Source of the DNA: Pyrobaculum sp.
Lineage (GTDB): Archaea > Thermoproteota > Thermoprotei > Thermoproteales > Thermoproteaceae
Direction: 5' to 3'
DNA length: 64,000 bases
Assembly: GCA_036833835.1 (NCBI GenBank)
Contig: DAITPC010000002.1
Coordinates: 8,115-72,114, forward strand
In this document: piece after piece, positions 8,008 to 17,052 of the stretch
How positions within the stretch are numbered: position 1 is the stretch's first letter
How the letters are laid out: every line of letters begins with the position of its first letter
Notes under the pieces: generated by a model
What the model was told of the DNA's origin: nothing
The model's input: only the letters and a program-made list of their open reading frames with translations
Database searches by the model: none
Position numbers and translations under genes: made by a program

Positions 8008-9060
8008 GTGCGCCTACGCGCGAAGTATGTCCTGGCTTGGGAGCTAGAGGTGGTGCAAGACGGCGTTGTGGAGTTAGACGACGAGGGGGTCGTAGTAGGC
8101 GTTGGGAGGTACACCGGCGGAGTTGCGGCAGATCTCGGCAACGTGGTGCTGATGCCTCAGCTCGTCAACGGACATGTCCACGTGTTAGACGCGGCGATTT
8201 TAGACAGAGACGACCTCTATATTGACGACCTCGTCGGCTGGCCACACGGCGTTAAATACCACGTGGTTAGAAGGCTGGTGGACAGAAAGAAGCACCTCCC
8301 TCTCCTCGACAAGGTGGCAAAGAGGATGCGGAGGTATGGAACCGGTTGCGCCTTGATATATGCCGAATACGCCGCCCGCGACGTGGAGGAGGTCTTTAGA
8401 AAACACGACATAGAGACGGTGGTGTTCCAGGAGGCTCACGGAGGCTTCCCGGACTACCCCAACGTCCAGGTGGCGTCGCCCGTGGACCACCCACCTGAAT
8501 ACCTCAGCCAACTCCGCGCCGGGTATAGATTAGTCTCCACCCACGTCTCAGAAACCCAAGACTGCCACGAGGCGGGGGATCTGGAGCTCGCCTTAAAGGT
8601 CCTAGACGCCGACGTCCTCGTCCACCTCGTCTACATCACGCCGGAAGAGGCGGCGGAGATACCAGAGAACAAGACCGTGGTGGTGAACCCCCGCGCCAAC
8701 GCCTACTTCGTAGGCCGCGTGGCGCCTCTGCCCCACCTCCTCCACCTAAAGCCGCTCCTGGGCACAGACAACGTCTTCATGAACGAGCCGGACCTCTGGG
8801 CCGAGATGAAGTTCCTACACGCCTACGCCGCCGCCTCCGGCTGGGGGCTCACGGAGAGAGAAATACTAGCCATGGCCACCGTCTGGGGCTGGGAGAAGGC
8901 GCGATGCGCACCGCCCATAGCCCCCGGCCACAGGCTGAAGGCCCTCGCCGTGGCGGCGCCGTACGCCGGCGACAAGCCGCTGAAGTACCTCGTAAAGAGG
9001 GCAACCCACGCCGACATAATAGCATTCTTAGAAGGCGAAAAGATCACCCCACCAGCTTGA
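8008..9060 (+). CDS. metal-dependent amidohydrolase family protein
   Basis: 350 aa. The N-terminal beta-sandwich is followed by the HxH metal motif (LVNGHVHVLDA). Later His and Asp positions are typical of chlorohydrolase/deaminase-type amidohydrolases. Substrate is unknown. Confidence 0.7.
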   Translation: MRLRAKYVLAWELEVVQDGVVELDDEGVVVGVGRYTGGVAADLGNVVLMPQLVNGHVHVLDAAILDRDDLYIDDLVGWPHGVKYHVVRRLVDRKKHLPLLDKVAKRMRRYGTGCALIYAEYAARDVEEVFRKHDIETVVFQEAHGGFPDYPNVQVASPVDHPPEYLSQLRAGYRLVSTHVSETQDCHEAGDLELALKVLDADVLVHLVYITPEEAAEIPENKTVVVNPRANAYFVGRVAPLPHLLHLKPLLGTDNVFMNEPDLWAEMKFLHAYAAASGWGLTEREILAMATVWGWEKARCAPPIAPGHRLKALAVAAPYAGDKPLKYLVKRATHADIIAFLEGEKITPPA

Positions 9061-9135
9061 TGAACCACCCCCTATCCCGCTACCAGGAAAAGACGGAGAA
9101 AACCCCACGAGGCCGGGGCTGAAAAAGAGGGGGGT

Positions 9136-10291
9136 TAGTCCAGCCCAAGCTTGGCCGCCTCCTCAGCCAGCTCTTTCCTATACTCCGTCAGCATCGTTCT
9201 AAACCACTCGAAGGAGTTTGTCCTGTACCAACCTGCCAGCCACTCTATCTTCTCGGGGTGCTGAAGAGCCTTCTCGTACACAAACACCAATATACTGCGG
9301 TGGACGTAGACTCAAGCCTCTTGAGACACCTCGACGGTCGCATGCGACCTAAACGGCGGCACGTCGATGAAGGACTCGGCAAAACACCTCCCCACGACTC
9401 CAAACGCGCCTATGCCGTCGACGTTCAATAGATAAATTGAGAACGGCATTTACGTGGAAATAAGCCCTCGCGGTGTTGGACTTAATGCCGTACCACGCCA
9501 TGGGGAGGAGGGTCTCCACCTCCTGTCCGCTCTTGATGGAAGTCCCGTAGTTGGACGGTAGCAAAATGGCGTTACTACAGGGATCTACCTCAAAACCCAG
9601 ATACCCTCTACTGAACCCCCTGAAGTCGTCTAATACGAGGACTGCGGCGGTTGGACCCCCGGCCGCCGTCTCGTTTCTCCAAGTGACAAGCACCGCGTAT
9701 TCCAAACGGCTGGCGAGGTACACGTCGCCCATCGGGACCCGCCCACTCAGCCTTTCCAAAAACTCCTGAGACTCCTCAGGCAACACAGTCTCCGGATCCC
9801 TTAACATGAACTCCACCACGTCGTTAGACGATTTGAAAGGCAGATCCTTGATCTCCTCTCTAGCCACCTCGTCAAGCAGGCCGAAAGTCCTCACCACAGT
9901 GTCATTTCTCTTGGGCTTCGTGAAATAATCCATCTCCACAGCCCTAAGCCCGGTGTAGATCGCCTCAAAAGGCCCTCGGGGCGCAGTATCCAGTAGCAAC
10001 AGAACCGGAGGCCCCCACGACCTGGGCTTAGATCTACGGCTGACCTCCGAGCCTGTGGGAGACGCCCCAGTGGATGGCTGAGACGCGTCCCCCCGCCACC
10101 CCTTGTTTCTATAGAAGGGGCAACCGGCTGAGGCGGGGTCTGCTGAGAGACAGCTGGGGGGCACAAACGGCTTGCGACGTGACTGCGGGCTGGACACCGC
10201 CCTCCGTCGTGTTAGACGGCGCAGACTAGGAGCCAAGCCACAACGCCGCTCCCGCCAAGACAGCTACGACCACCAACAAGCTTAATCTCAT
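9136..10291 (-). pseudogene. decayed secreted-protein gene (amber codon, at least two frameshifts, in-frame TGA)
   Basis: The ATG at 10291 gives a signal peptide (MRLSLLVVVAVLAGAALWLGS), then a TAG at 10226-10228, then SAPSNTTEGGVQPAVTSQ. The frame changes at the G6 run at 10156-10161 into ORF 9349..10236. The C-terminal sense continues in another frame (LLNVDGIGAFGVVGRCFAESFIDVPPF) up to the TGA at 9313-9315. A further in-frame 55-codon stretch runs on to 9136. Confidence 0.4.
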
Positions 10292-10387
10292 ACCACAACT
10301 CACATCAGCTTTATTGTATTGTATGTAAATTTCTTACTCCGTTGGTAACGGCCAGAGGCTTTATGATTTACGCAGGCGGTTTCGTTG

Positions 10388-10960
10388 TTAACACATACGT
10401 TTGACCAACGTCTTCGATCTGCCGAGTATCAACGTAGCCACGACTCCGGCAACCCCCACCGCTAAGGCGTGCGCCGGGTGAGCCGGCGGTCTCTCCCACC
10501 ACAACCACACCTCACCATCTCCAAAGATCAGCCGCGCGGGTATGGAAAAAACGCCACCTATCAGGTTCCACAAGAAAATCCACATGACGGCCGCAAGCCA
10601 GCCGTTGTGAAAGACGCCGCTACGCACGCCGAAGAGCAAGACGAGAGCCACAGCGGCGAAAAACCCAACTAGCGCCAACACCACAAGCCCAGGCGCCGCC
10701 ATGGAGAAGAAGAATAGCAAAAACACCCCGCCTCCCGCCGCCACGTAGGCAGACGGGAGCCTACAAGCGTAGTAGGCGATTTGCAACAACAAAAACACGT
10801 AATGCCCCAGACCCATAAACCCCACCCACAACCTAAACCCCCACTGATGTTCTAAGCTCACTAAAAAATTATATGTAAAATATGGAAGAGAGAGAAGGAT
10901 AGGAGACAAGAATAAGAGAAAGAAAGGAGATAAGGTTTTCTTTAAAAATAATGCTTTCAT
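10388..10960 (-). CDS. polytopic membrane protein
   Basis: 190 aa from the ATG at 10960 (MKALFLKKTLSPFFLLFLSPILL...). It has at least 5 hydrophobic helices. Its ATG overlaps the TGA of the upstream 724-aa ORF (ATGA). Confidence 0.55.
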   Translation of the reverse strand: MKALFLKKTLSPFFLLFLSPILLSLPYFTYNFLVSLEHQWGFRLWVGFMGLGHYVFLLLQIAYYACRLPSAYVAAGGGVFLLFFFSMAAPGLVVLALVGFFAAVALVLLFGVRSGVFHNGWLAAVMWIFLWNLIGGVFSIPARLIFGDGEVWLWWERPPAHPAHALAVGVAGVVATLILGRSKTLVKRMC

Positions 10961-13131
10961 CTTACAATAAACGGAATGTGATATGTCGCTCTCATGCCAA
11001 AGACCCAATGCCGCAGATATTGTGTATCAGGTGGCGCGTGGGGGTCTACCGCGGGCGTTGGCGAGGCGAGCGGCGAGAACATACATAGACGTGTCGTATC
11101 AGACGATACCTCAACGTTAACGACCTCTATGGTTCTATCTCTTATAGAAGTGCCTGTCTCAAACGCCACTTGATAAAACTTATCGTATAAGCCAGAGCGC
11201 CAAAAGATCTCTACATACTCCGTAGCAGTTGATATCCTGATGTCTGGATACAACAAGGCTCGCAAGTCGAATACCCTCTCAATGAACCAACTTAACGGGC
11301 CGGGTATTAAACCGAGAAAGTCCAACACTGTCTTTACACCCTGGGCCATCCTAAAGGCCCATGTCAACCACCAAGGCTCTTCGAACTTATCCCCCTTGAC
11401 ATACACATTGACTGGTCCTGCGAAAGCATTAGCTGGCCTAATTCTAAACTGCACACTCCGGATTACATAATCGCTTGAAGCGCCCCTGACTATGGCGAGG
11501 AAATCAGCCGCTTTTCCGCCAACGGCTGTGCTGTATGTCTCTATGTTTGTTAACACTACTGTGAAGTTTACTTGAGGCACTCTGGCGGCAGCACATGCTC
11601 TTAACGTCTGCGAGAAGAAACCTCTTAGAACAAGGAAGAGCCACCTATCTACGTTTTTGTCTATGAAATTCTCGGCGAATCTGTAGCCGGATATGTCAAC
11701 GCGATATACTACCACCTCCGATGCCGCGTGGCTGAATGAAACTTTTACCACGACAGCTTTATCTCTGGCTCTCGCTTCGTCGTACCAAAGCCCCACGGTG
11801 GTTGAGCTTAGTGTTGCTGACCTCCGCACGTTATATATACACCGGCCGTTGTTGTAGCTGGAGGCGGTGAAAGAGGCTGAGTCTAGGCGGATGTGGGCGA
11901 ACTCCCCCACGTATGTCGTGACTGTCAGCGTGGGACACGTGGGGGTATCCCAAGGCACGAACACTATCATGTCGAGGTTAAGTATCTGGGCGTAGTAGCC
12001 ATCGACGAGAGAAAATGGGCCGAATATCATGTTTCTAACGGGTGGTTTTAGCACGTAATGGGCGACCGCTCCGCCTACGGGTTGCGACCTATCCACCGGC
12101 CCGATGCCTAGGAAGTAAACTCCGCCCGCAACGGGTATCGCGTTTTTTCTAAACCCTAAAGTTGCGTTGGCGCCGACGACGTAAGTCGCGCTGTAATACG
12201 GCACGAAGCACAGCTCCGCTCCGATAAACTGATTAGGCCAGCTGAGGGGTATGGAGGTTGTGAACACGACATATCCATTTCTTAAATCCACAGCCCACTG
12301 CCCTAGTAAGCTTCTCTTGTCTAAGGTGCTCGGATCCACCACCCAAACCTTTACAACCCCTCTGCCGACCGTTGTGCCAAATCCGTAGCTGTTGGTATAG
12401 ACATACCACGCGGTTCTCCAGATATACGTGGCGTTGTATCCCACAGAAGCCACAGTGGGATTCGCCGGAGGACTGTAAGACTCCGTCCTCAATACGTCAA
12501 GACAAACCTCTCTGTTAGCATATAACTGGCCACTGAACTGCCGGTAGATAAAAGCCCCGTCTGGATATATTGGCGAAGTGGGCATTTGGTAGGTAGAAAT
12601 CTGTGACCGCTGGCGGCCCTCTTCCTGGCTCTCCTTATCTAGAGGTCCCCGCCTAATGGGCGGCTTCACCCACTCAGATCCGGCCTTGGGGGCTGTGACC
12701 TTGGCGTCTGGCTTGAGGTAGCTGTATGTGGCCACTACGTCTGGCGGCGCCTCGACAAGCTCCACGACTGTTCCGTTGAGGTGTATTCTGAGGACTCCGC
12801 CTCTGGCGGTTGGAGGCGCCCTCGCCCCCAGCGCCTCTCTCGGTATGTATATCACAGCCTTTCTAAAGCTCCAGACGGGTATCCTAACAGTGACATTAGT
12901 TTCGACCCAATACGCTTCGTCCCACTCGCCCACGTAGGCTATGTGTACATGCCTAAATTTACGCCCATCGTAATACGCAAGAGGCGGGATTTCAAACCCC
13001 CCCTCTACAAACACCACCACATCAGACCCTCCCGCAAGCGTCCACCCCTCTATAACTGTGTTGCCAGCGCCGACGAGAGCTACAATCAGCGCTGTTGCTA
13101 CGATGTACATTTTTAACCCGGGAAAAACCAT
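10957..13131 (-). CDS. large secreted protein, family unknown
   Basis: 724 aa with a signal-like N-terminus (MVFPGLKMYIVATALIVALVGAG). It has many N-x-S/T sequons and a beta-rich, aromatic-rich composition. No recognisable domain. Confidence 0.6.
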   Translation of the reverse strand: MVFPGLKMYIVATALIVALVGAGNTVIEGWTLAGGSDVVVFVEGGFEIPPLAYYDGRKFRHVHIAYVGEWDEAYWVETNVTVRIPVWSFRKAVIYIPREALGARAPPTARGGVLRIHLNGTVVELVEAPPDVVATYSYLKPDAKVTAPKAGSEWVKPPIRRGPLDKESQEEGRQRSQISTYQMPTSPIYPDGAFIYRQFSGQLYANREVCLDVLRTESYSPPANPTVASVGYNATYIWRTAWYVYTNSYGFGTTVGRGVVKVWVVDPSTLDKRSLLGQWAVDLRNGYVVFTTSIPLSWPNQFIGAELCFVPYYSATYVVGANATLGFRKNAIPVAGGVYFLGIGPVDRSQPVGGAVAHYVLKPPVRNMIFGPFSLVDGYYAQILNLDMIVFVPWDTPTCPTLTVTTYVGEFAHIRLDSASFTASSYNNGRCIYNVRRSATLSSTTVGLWYDEARARDKAVVVKVSFSHAASEVVVYRVDISGYRFAENFIDKNVDRWLFLVLRGFFSQTLRACAAARVPQVNFTVVLTNIETYSTAVGGKAADFLAIVRGASSDYVIRSVQFRIRPANAFAGPVNVYVKGDKFEEPWWLTWAFRMAQGVKTVLDFLGLIPGPLSWFIERVFDLRALLYPDIRISTATEYVEIFWRSGLYDKFYQVAFETGTSIRDRTIEVVNVEVSSDTTRLCMFSPLASPTPAVDPHAPPDTQYLRHWVFGMRATYHIPFIVR

Positions 13132-13245
13132 ATTTTTTACGTTCGAGTTCTTCTAATATTTCTTTGGTCTGTTCCATAAAACCATAATTATCGTTGTGCC
13201 TGTAGTTGCCGGGGAGAAAGTTGCAGGTCATGTGTATAGACAGGG

Positions 13246-13559
13246 CTAGAGGAGAAGCTCAGCCTCTCTTAAAACTCCTCTTGCTACGTCGATTTTAAGT
13301 CCGAGGATATCAAACGCCGTTACGCCAAGCACGACGGGGTCTCCCTCTTTGCCGAAGACCACCGGCACCACGCGCCTCCTGCCCATCAACACTACGCTGA
13401 TGTCCCGCTCCACAAAGCCCCAAATCTCCTCCTCCCAAGCGGCTATATGCCCAACTCTTCTAAGATGCCACGTCTATCGACGCCGTAGGCAACGCCCGTA
13501 TCCACAACGCCTCCACCTAGACAACTCTTCCGGCTTTGTAGGCTTAAAAAACCTACCAC
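13246..13559 (-). pseudogene. retropepsin-like (clan AA) aspartic protease, frameshifted
   Basis: The N-terminal frame from the GTG at 13559 reads ...GGGVVDTGVAYGVDRRGILEELGI and stops at 13443. The C-terminal frame is open from 13473 and reads ...VVFGKEGDPVVLGVTAFDILGLKIDVARGVLREAELLL. This is the typical DTG plus C-terminal dimer strand of archaeal retropepsin-like proteins. The frame break lies within 13446-13473. Confidence 0.5.
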
Positions 13560-13779
13560 CCTAAGAAAACCAACAAGTATGCGTAGCCGGGGGTTTATAT
13601 GCGTTCATTCCCCTCACGTGGGTTGTTGCGAGAGCGCCTAGTTGGGCTTCAAGGCTCTGAGTGCGCCGGAGATTATGCGATGGTACGGCATGGCTCCGGC
13701 GGGGGTCCGCCGCAACCTCAAAAGCCGTAGAGAGCCGCGGGTTGGAAGCGCGGCAGGCCGCGGAGAGCACCACAAGCCG

Positions 13780-14544
13780 TCAATATGGCATTTCTTCAAG
13801 AGGCGGTGGTTTGAGGTGGTAAGAAACCAGAGGAGACACAGTGAGGCTCGGGTCGGTCTTCTTGGCTTCCTCTATGAATTGGGAGGCCTTTTCCACATCG
13901 GGTAGCACCACGCCGTAGAACCCAACAGCCTTCGCCTGGCATCTAAAGAAGCTGTGTCTCGAGGCGCCTGGTATCGGGACCTTGGAGAAGATAGCCGCCG
14001 CGAAGAGGCCAGACCGCGGCAAATCCACGGAGTACGTAAGCACCGTGACCTCCCTAGCCCACCGCAGGTACCGCCTAGCCGCACTCCAGCCGAGCCCCAG
14101 CTCCTCCACCAAGTCGCTAGACGTGATGTGGGGGTTATGCACGTACATCTTCAAAACCCTCAGCTTCGTGGGACTCAGCCTAGCAGGCCTTAGGTTGGGC
14201 ACAAACATGGGCCTGCCGTACAGCGAAGCCAGCACCTGTAGCTCAGTTGGAGTTCTGAAGGGAACGCCGAATATGTACTCCCCTTCCAACGTCTTAAACG
14301 CAAGGACGTAATTCTCCGGCAGAACCCGCCCCCTGAAGTAGGCGTAGTAATACCCCGCCGCGTCTGGCCTGACGTAGACCTGAGGAGGGCCGAGGATCCC
14401 CATTTCAAGCATCTTACTAATCCAGTAGTAAACGGCTTGTCTCGTCTTCCCTAGATAGCTTCCGATCTTAGACAAGTTGATACGACCCTCGGTCAGTATC
14501 AACGTCAAGGCCACTCTTTCGTCGTATTTAAGAAGAGACGCCAT
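13780..14544 (-). CDS. DNA-binding protein with two helix-turn-helix modules
   Basis: 254 aa. There is an N-terminal HTH (INLSKIGSYLGKTRQAVYYWISKMLEMGIL) and a second HTH (ITSSDLVEELGLGWSAARRYLRWA). Confidence 0.6.
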   Translation of the reverse strand: MASLLKYDERVALTLILTEGRINLSKIGSYLGKTRQAVYYWISKMLEMGILGPPQVYVRPDAAGYYYAYFRGRVLPENYVLAFKTLEGEYIFGVPFRTPTELQVLASLYGRPMFVPNLRPARLSPTKLRVLKMYVHNPHITSSDLVEELGLGWSAARRYLRWAREVTVLTYSVDLPRSGLFAAAIFSKVPIPGASRHSFFRCQAKAVGFYGVVLPDVEKASQFIEEAKKTDPSLTVSPLVSYHLKPPPLEEMPY

Positions 14545-14584
14545 AAAACTACACCGATGTAGAAATAAAAAGCTGCGTTAAACA

Positions 14585-14809
14585 CTACACGACGCCTCTC
14601 CTCAGCCGCCCGCCGCTGGCCGCCGCGTCTTGGTTGCGGGTCCACTTAGCCACGAACTGTTTGTAACAATCCCGCGAGCAGAAGACCCACGGCTTATTCA
14701 CGCAACAAGTTTTTACAGTGATGGCCTCCCCCCTTATGACCCTCCCGCAGTTGGTGCACCTCAGCTCGGTGGGCCGCTGGATCTTAAGCTCGAACGGCAT
14801 AGGCCTCAA
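14585..14809 (-). CDS. TRASH / L24e-like zinc-ribbon protein
   Basis: It carries a C-x2-C...C-x3-C pattern ([35 protein letters not shown]), which fits C-x22-C-x3-C. It overlaps the thi4 stop by 17-26 nt, depending on whether the start is 14809 or 14800. Confidence 0.55.
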   Translation of the reverse strand: MRPMPFELKIQRPTELRCTNCGRVIRGEAITVKTCCVNKPWVFCSRDCYKQFVAKWTRNQDAAASGGRLRRGVV

Positions 14810-15578
14810 CAGTTAGGTCTTTGTGCACGATCTCGGCTATCCTCCGACCTGACAGCAACATGCCGCCGAAGATAGGCCCCATCCTAGGCAGGCCAAACAC
14901 GGTGCAGACCGCGATACCCGCCACGTAGAGCCCAGGCGCCACCCTCCCCGTATGTTCTACCACAAGCCTCTCCGAGACCTCAGACCACGCCGACTTCTCC
15001 CCCCTAAGCTCAATCCCCAGCTCCGGCACCTTCCTCGCCGCTATTGATATCACCTCTGCGTCGTGGCCCGTGGCGTCGATGACGGCCTTTGCCTGGGTGT
15101 ACAGGGGATCCACGTGCATTCCTGACATCTGGATTGGGGTCCATATCCACAAGACGCCAGTGACACGCGGCGGGTCGCCTCTGAAAATAACGTCGTCGAC
15201 GTGCACCCCTAGTATGATTTTCGCGCCCGCGTCGACGGCTCCGGCGGCGAGTTTGGCTATTAGCTCGGCCGGGTCCACAGTGTAGAGCCCGTCTTCCGCC
15301 GGCTTGTACCTCACTCGGAAGTCTTTCAAAACAGGCAACGCCTCCTCCTGCACCACTATCTTAGGTATCATGTTGCCCCCCGGCCCTATGCCGCCGCCGA
15401 ATGAGAACCTACGTTCATACACCACAACCTTGTGCCCTCTCTCCGCCAAGTAGCGAGCCGCCGTCAAGCCCGCCGGCCCAGCCCCTACAATAACCACGTC
15501 CACATCGCTGTATTCGTAAAGATCCTCCATCCCATGTTTAATAATCGCCCTTCCGATTTTCAGCTCCATAAGTGGCAT
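14784..15578 (-). CDS. thi4: thiamine thiazole synthase, archaeal Thi4 type
   Basis: It has the dinucleotide fold [21 protein letters not shown], plus [20 protein letters not shown] and [14 protein letters not shown]. These are characteristic of the Thi4 / ribose-1,5-bisphosphate-isomerase-like family. The start may be M4 (15569), given the TATA-like tttttatag at 15589-15597. Confidence 0.9.
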   Translation of the reverse strand: MPLMELKIGRAIIKHGMEDLYEYSDVDVVIVGAGPAGLTAARYLAERGHKVVVYERRFSFGGGIGPGGNMIPKIVVQEEALPVLKDFRVRYKPAEDGLYTVDPAELIAKLAAGAVDAGAKIILGVHVDDVIFRGDPPRVTGVLWIWTPIQMSGMHVDPLYTQAKAVIDATGHDAEVISIAARKVPELGIELRGEKSAWSEVSERLVVEHTGRVAPGLYVAGIAVCTVFGLPRMGPIFGGMLLSGRRIAEIVHKDLTVEAYAVRA

Positions 15579-15784
15579 ATGATATCTCTATAAAAACGTT
15601 ATTATTACGGGAGTTAGCAGACGCTACAGACGCTCGGTGTGTTGCACACGTCGCGGTAGGCGTAAGGCCTGCCGCCCAGATATACACATTCCCGCTGCCG
15701 AAGACGGCGCGGCCCCGCCGGCTCCCAGAGGCGCGAATTTAAATACTGCCGGAGGCTTGGCGCAGAAAGCGATATGCAACGAAC

Positions 15785-16378
15785 TCACGTCTGCGATATG
15801 GCCCTCCAGAAGTCCAGCTCATACCTCTGGATCGCCCTCGCCACGAAGCGGTACCTGCCCCAGTCCAAATACCTCTGGGCTATCGGCTCGGCGATTGCCT
15901 CCAACTCGTCGTAGGGGCCGGCGAAGAGTTCCATAAACTTCGTGTTTTTCACGCCGTTGCGCCGGGCCCACTCCGCCAGGGCTACACAGTTGCGGCCCCA
16001 CACCGGCAGGTTCACCGTCATGGCCACGGCGAGGTCGCCCATGTTGCCGTTTAGCGCCAGCCAGGAGAGGAAATGTGTATACGCCACCGCCGAGGGCTCC
16101 ACCGAGTCCCATGTAAAAGACACGCCCAGCTCCTCCGCCAGCTCATACAGGGCATTCAGCGCCGCCCAGTCTCCGTCTATTAACATCTTTACGAGCTTGT
16201 ACTCATCCCCCTCCTTCGCCTTGGCCATGGCCGCGGACAACGCCTTAAGATCGTGCGGCACTATATAGAGCTGGTTCTGTACAAATTTCACTAAGGCGTC
16301 GCGAGACGGCTTGAGAGCTGTTGATATAGCCGCGTTTATAGGCTCCTGCTCAGCCCTCAGCGTCTCAATAACCCTCAT
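15785..16378 (-). CDS. TenA-like / haem-oxygenase-fold paralog lacking the TenA active-site Cys context
   Basis: 197 aa from the ATG at 16378. The all-helical protein is colinear with the adjacent TenA. At the position of the TenA LPC motif it reads NLPVW. Confidence 0.55.
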   Translation of the reverse strand: MRVIETLRAEQEPINAAISTALKPSRDALVKFVQNQLYIVPHDLKALSAAMAKAKEGDEYKLVKMLIDGDWAALNALYELAEELGVSFTWDSVEPSAVAYTHFLSWLALNGNMGDLAVAMTVNLPVWGRNCVALAEWARRNGVKNTKFMELFAGPYDELEAIAEPIAQRYLDWGRYRFVARAIQRYELDFWRAISQT

Positions 16379-17003
16379 ACGCCGCCTCCCAGAACTTAAG
16401 CTCATACAGCGAGGCCTGTTTAAAATATGGCCAGAGAACCTCCGCGGAGAGCCCGGAGGAGTCCAGCACCTCCCTCAGCCGTCTGACCAACGAGAGGTAC
16501 TCCTCCGACAGATACACAGAGGCCCACCTCCTGTAGAGCTGCACCGGGTTTTTCTCGAGGGCGTCTTTGTGTCGCTGAGCTATCTCTGCGTAGCTCCAGA
16601 AACAGGGCAACACCGCGGCCATGCATTGGTAGAAGCCTTCTAGAGAGCAGACAGACTGGAGGTAAGACATGTAGCTCACATTGACAAAATTCGGCTCGGC
16701 CCTGGCGGCGTCTTCAAGCGTCAGCTCCACCTCCTTGAGAAGCGCCTCGTAGTTCGCCATCTCCCCAGTCACCGTGCCGTAGGCCAGCCCCAGCGCCTCT
16801 TTCATGAGCGACACGGTCGGCGCCTTCGCCGCAGCTAGGGAAAGAGCCTTGGCGAAGTTGACTAAATAGTTGTAATCCTGCAGTAGGTAATATCTGAATT
16901 TCTCCAGCGGCAGAACCCCGCCGTATACCTCCACCACAAAGGGATGTCTAAAGATCTGCTCCCAGATGGGCTCAGCCATTTTTCGCAACTTGTCCGAGAC
17001 CAT
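16365..17003 (-). CDS. tenA: aminopyrimidine aminohydrolase (thiaminase II)
   Basis: It has IWEQIFRHPFVVEVYGGVLPLEKFRYYLLQDYNYL and AAVLPCFWSYAEI (catalytic Cys context). This is the typical TenA_C class signature. Confidence 0.85.
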   Translation of the reverse strand: MVSDKLRKMAEPIWEQIFRHPFVVEVYGGVLPLEKFRYYLLQDYNYLVNFAKALSLAAAKAPTVSLMKEALGLAYGTVTGEMANYEALLKEVELTLEDAARAEPNFVNVSYMSYLQSVCSLEGFYQCMAAVLPCFWSYAEIAQRHKDALEKNPVQLYRRWASVYLSEEYLSLVRRLREVLDSSGLSAEVLWPYFKQASLYELKFWEAAYEGY

Positions 17004-17052
17004 AAGTAACTAATCAAACTCATATAAAAAACTTTTATATGGAGAAGATCTC

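Noticed and set aside
9057-9122. TTGATGA ... CTGA pair at the 3' end of the amidohydrolase gene, resembling C and D boxes.
   Set aside because: There are 55 nt between the boxes, which is too long. No recognisable D'/C' pair lies at 12-nt guide spacing, and the C box has U instead of a purine at position 1.
13022-13231. A 69-aa ORF overlapping the start of the 724-aa secreted-protein gene.
   Set aside because: It lies out of frame in the AT-rich promoter and 5' region and has no motif. It overlaps 90-110 nt of a better-supported gene.
13560-13779. The GC-rich spacer might be the minimal (type T) RNase P RNA or an SRP RNA fragment.
   Set aside because: I could not find the conserved CR-I/CR-V P4 strands (GGAAAGUCC-type) or the SRP helix-8 GGAA/AGCA motifs. 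It is kept only as an unclassified candidate in the findings.
15579-15784. A TPP riboswitch upstream of thi4 (and upstream of thiDN at 59211-59216). The spacer also contains a tandem cagacgct-a-cagacgct and a gtgtg-ttg-cacac hairpin.
   Set aside because: thi4 appears leaderless, with its TATA box 11-19 nt from the ORF-track ATG. The thiDN upstream spacer is only 6 nt. No CUGAGA / ACCUGAUCUGGAUAAUGCCAGCG-like elements are present. The 8-mer duplication is too short to call.
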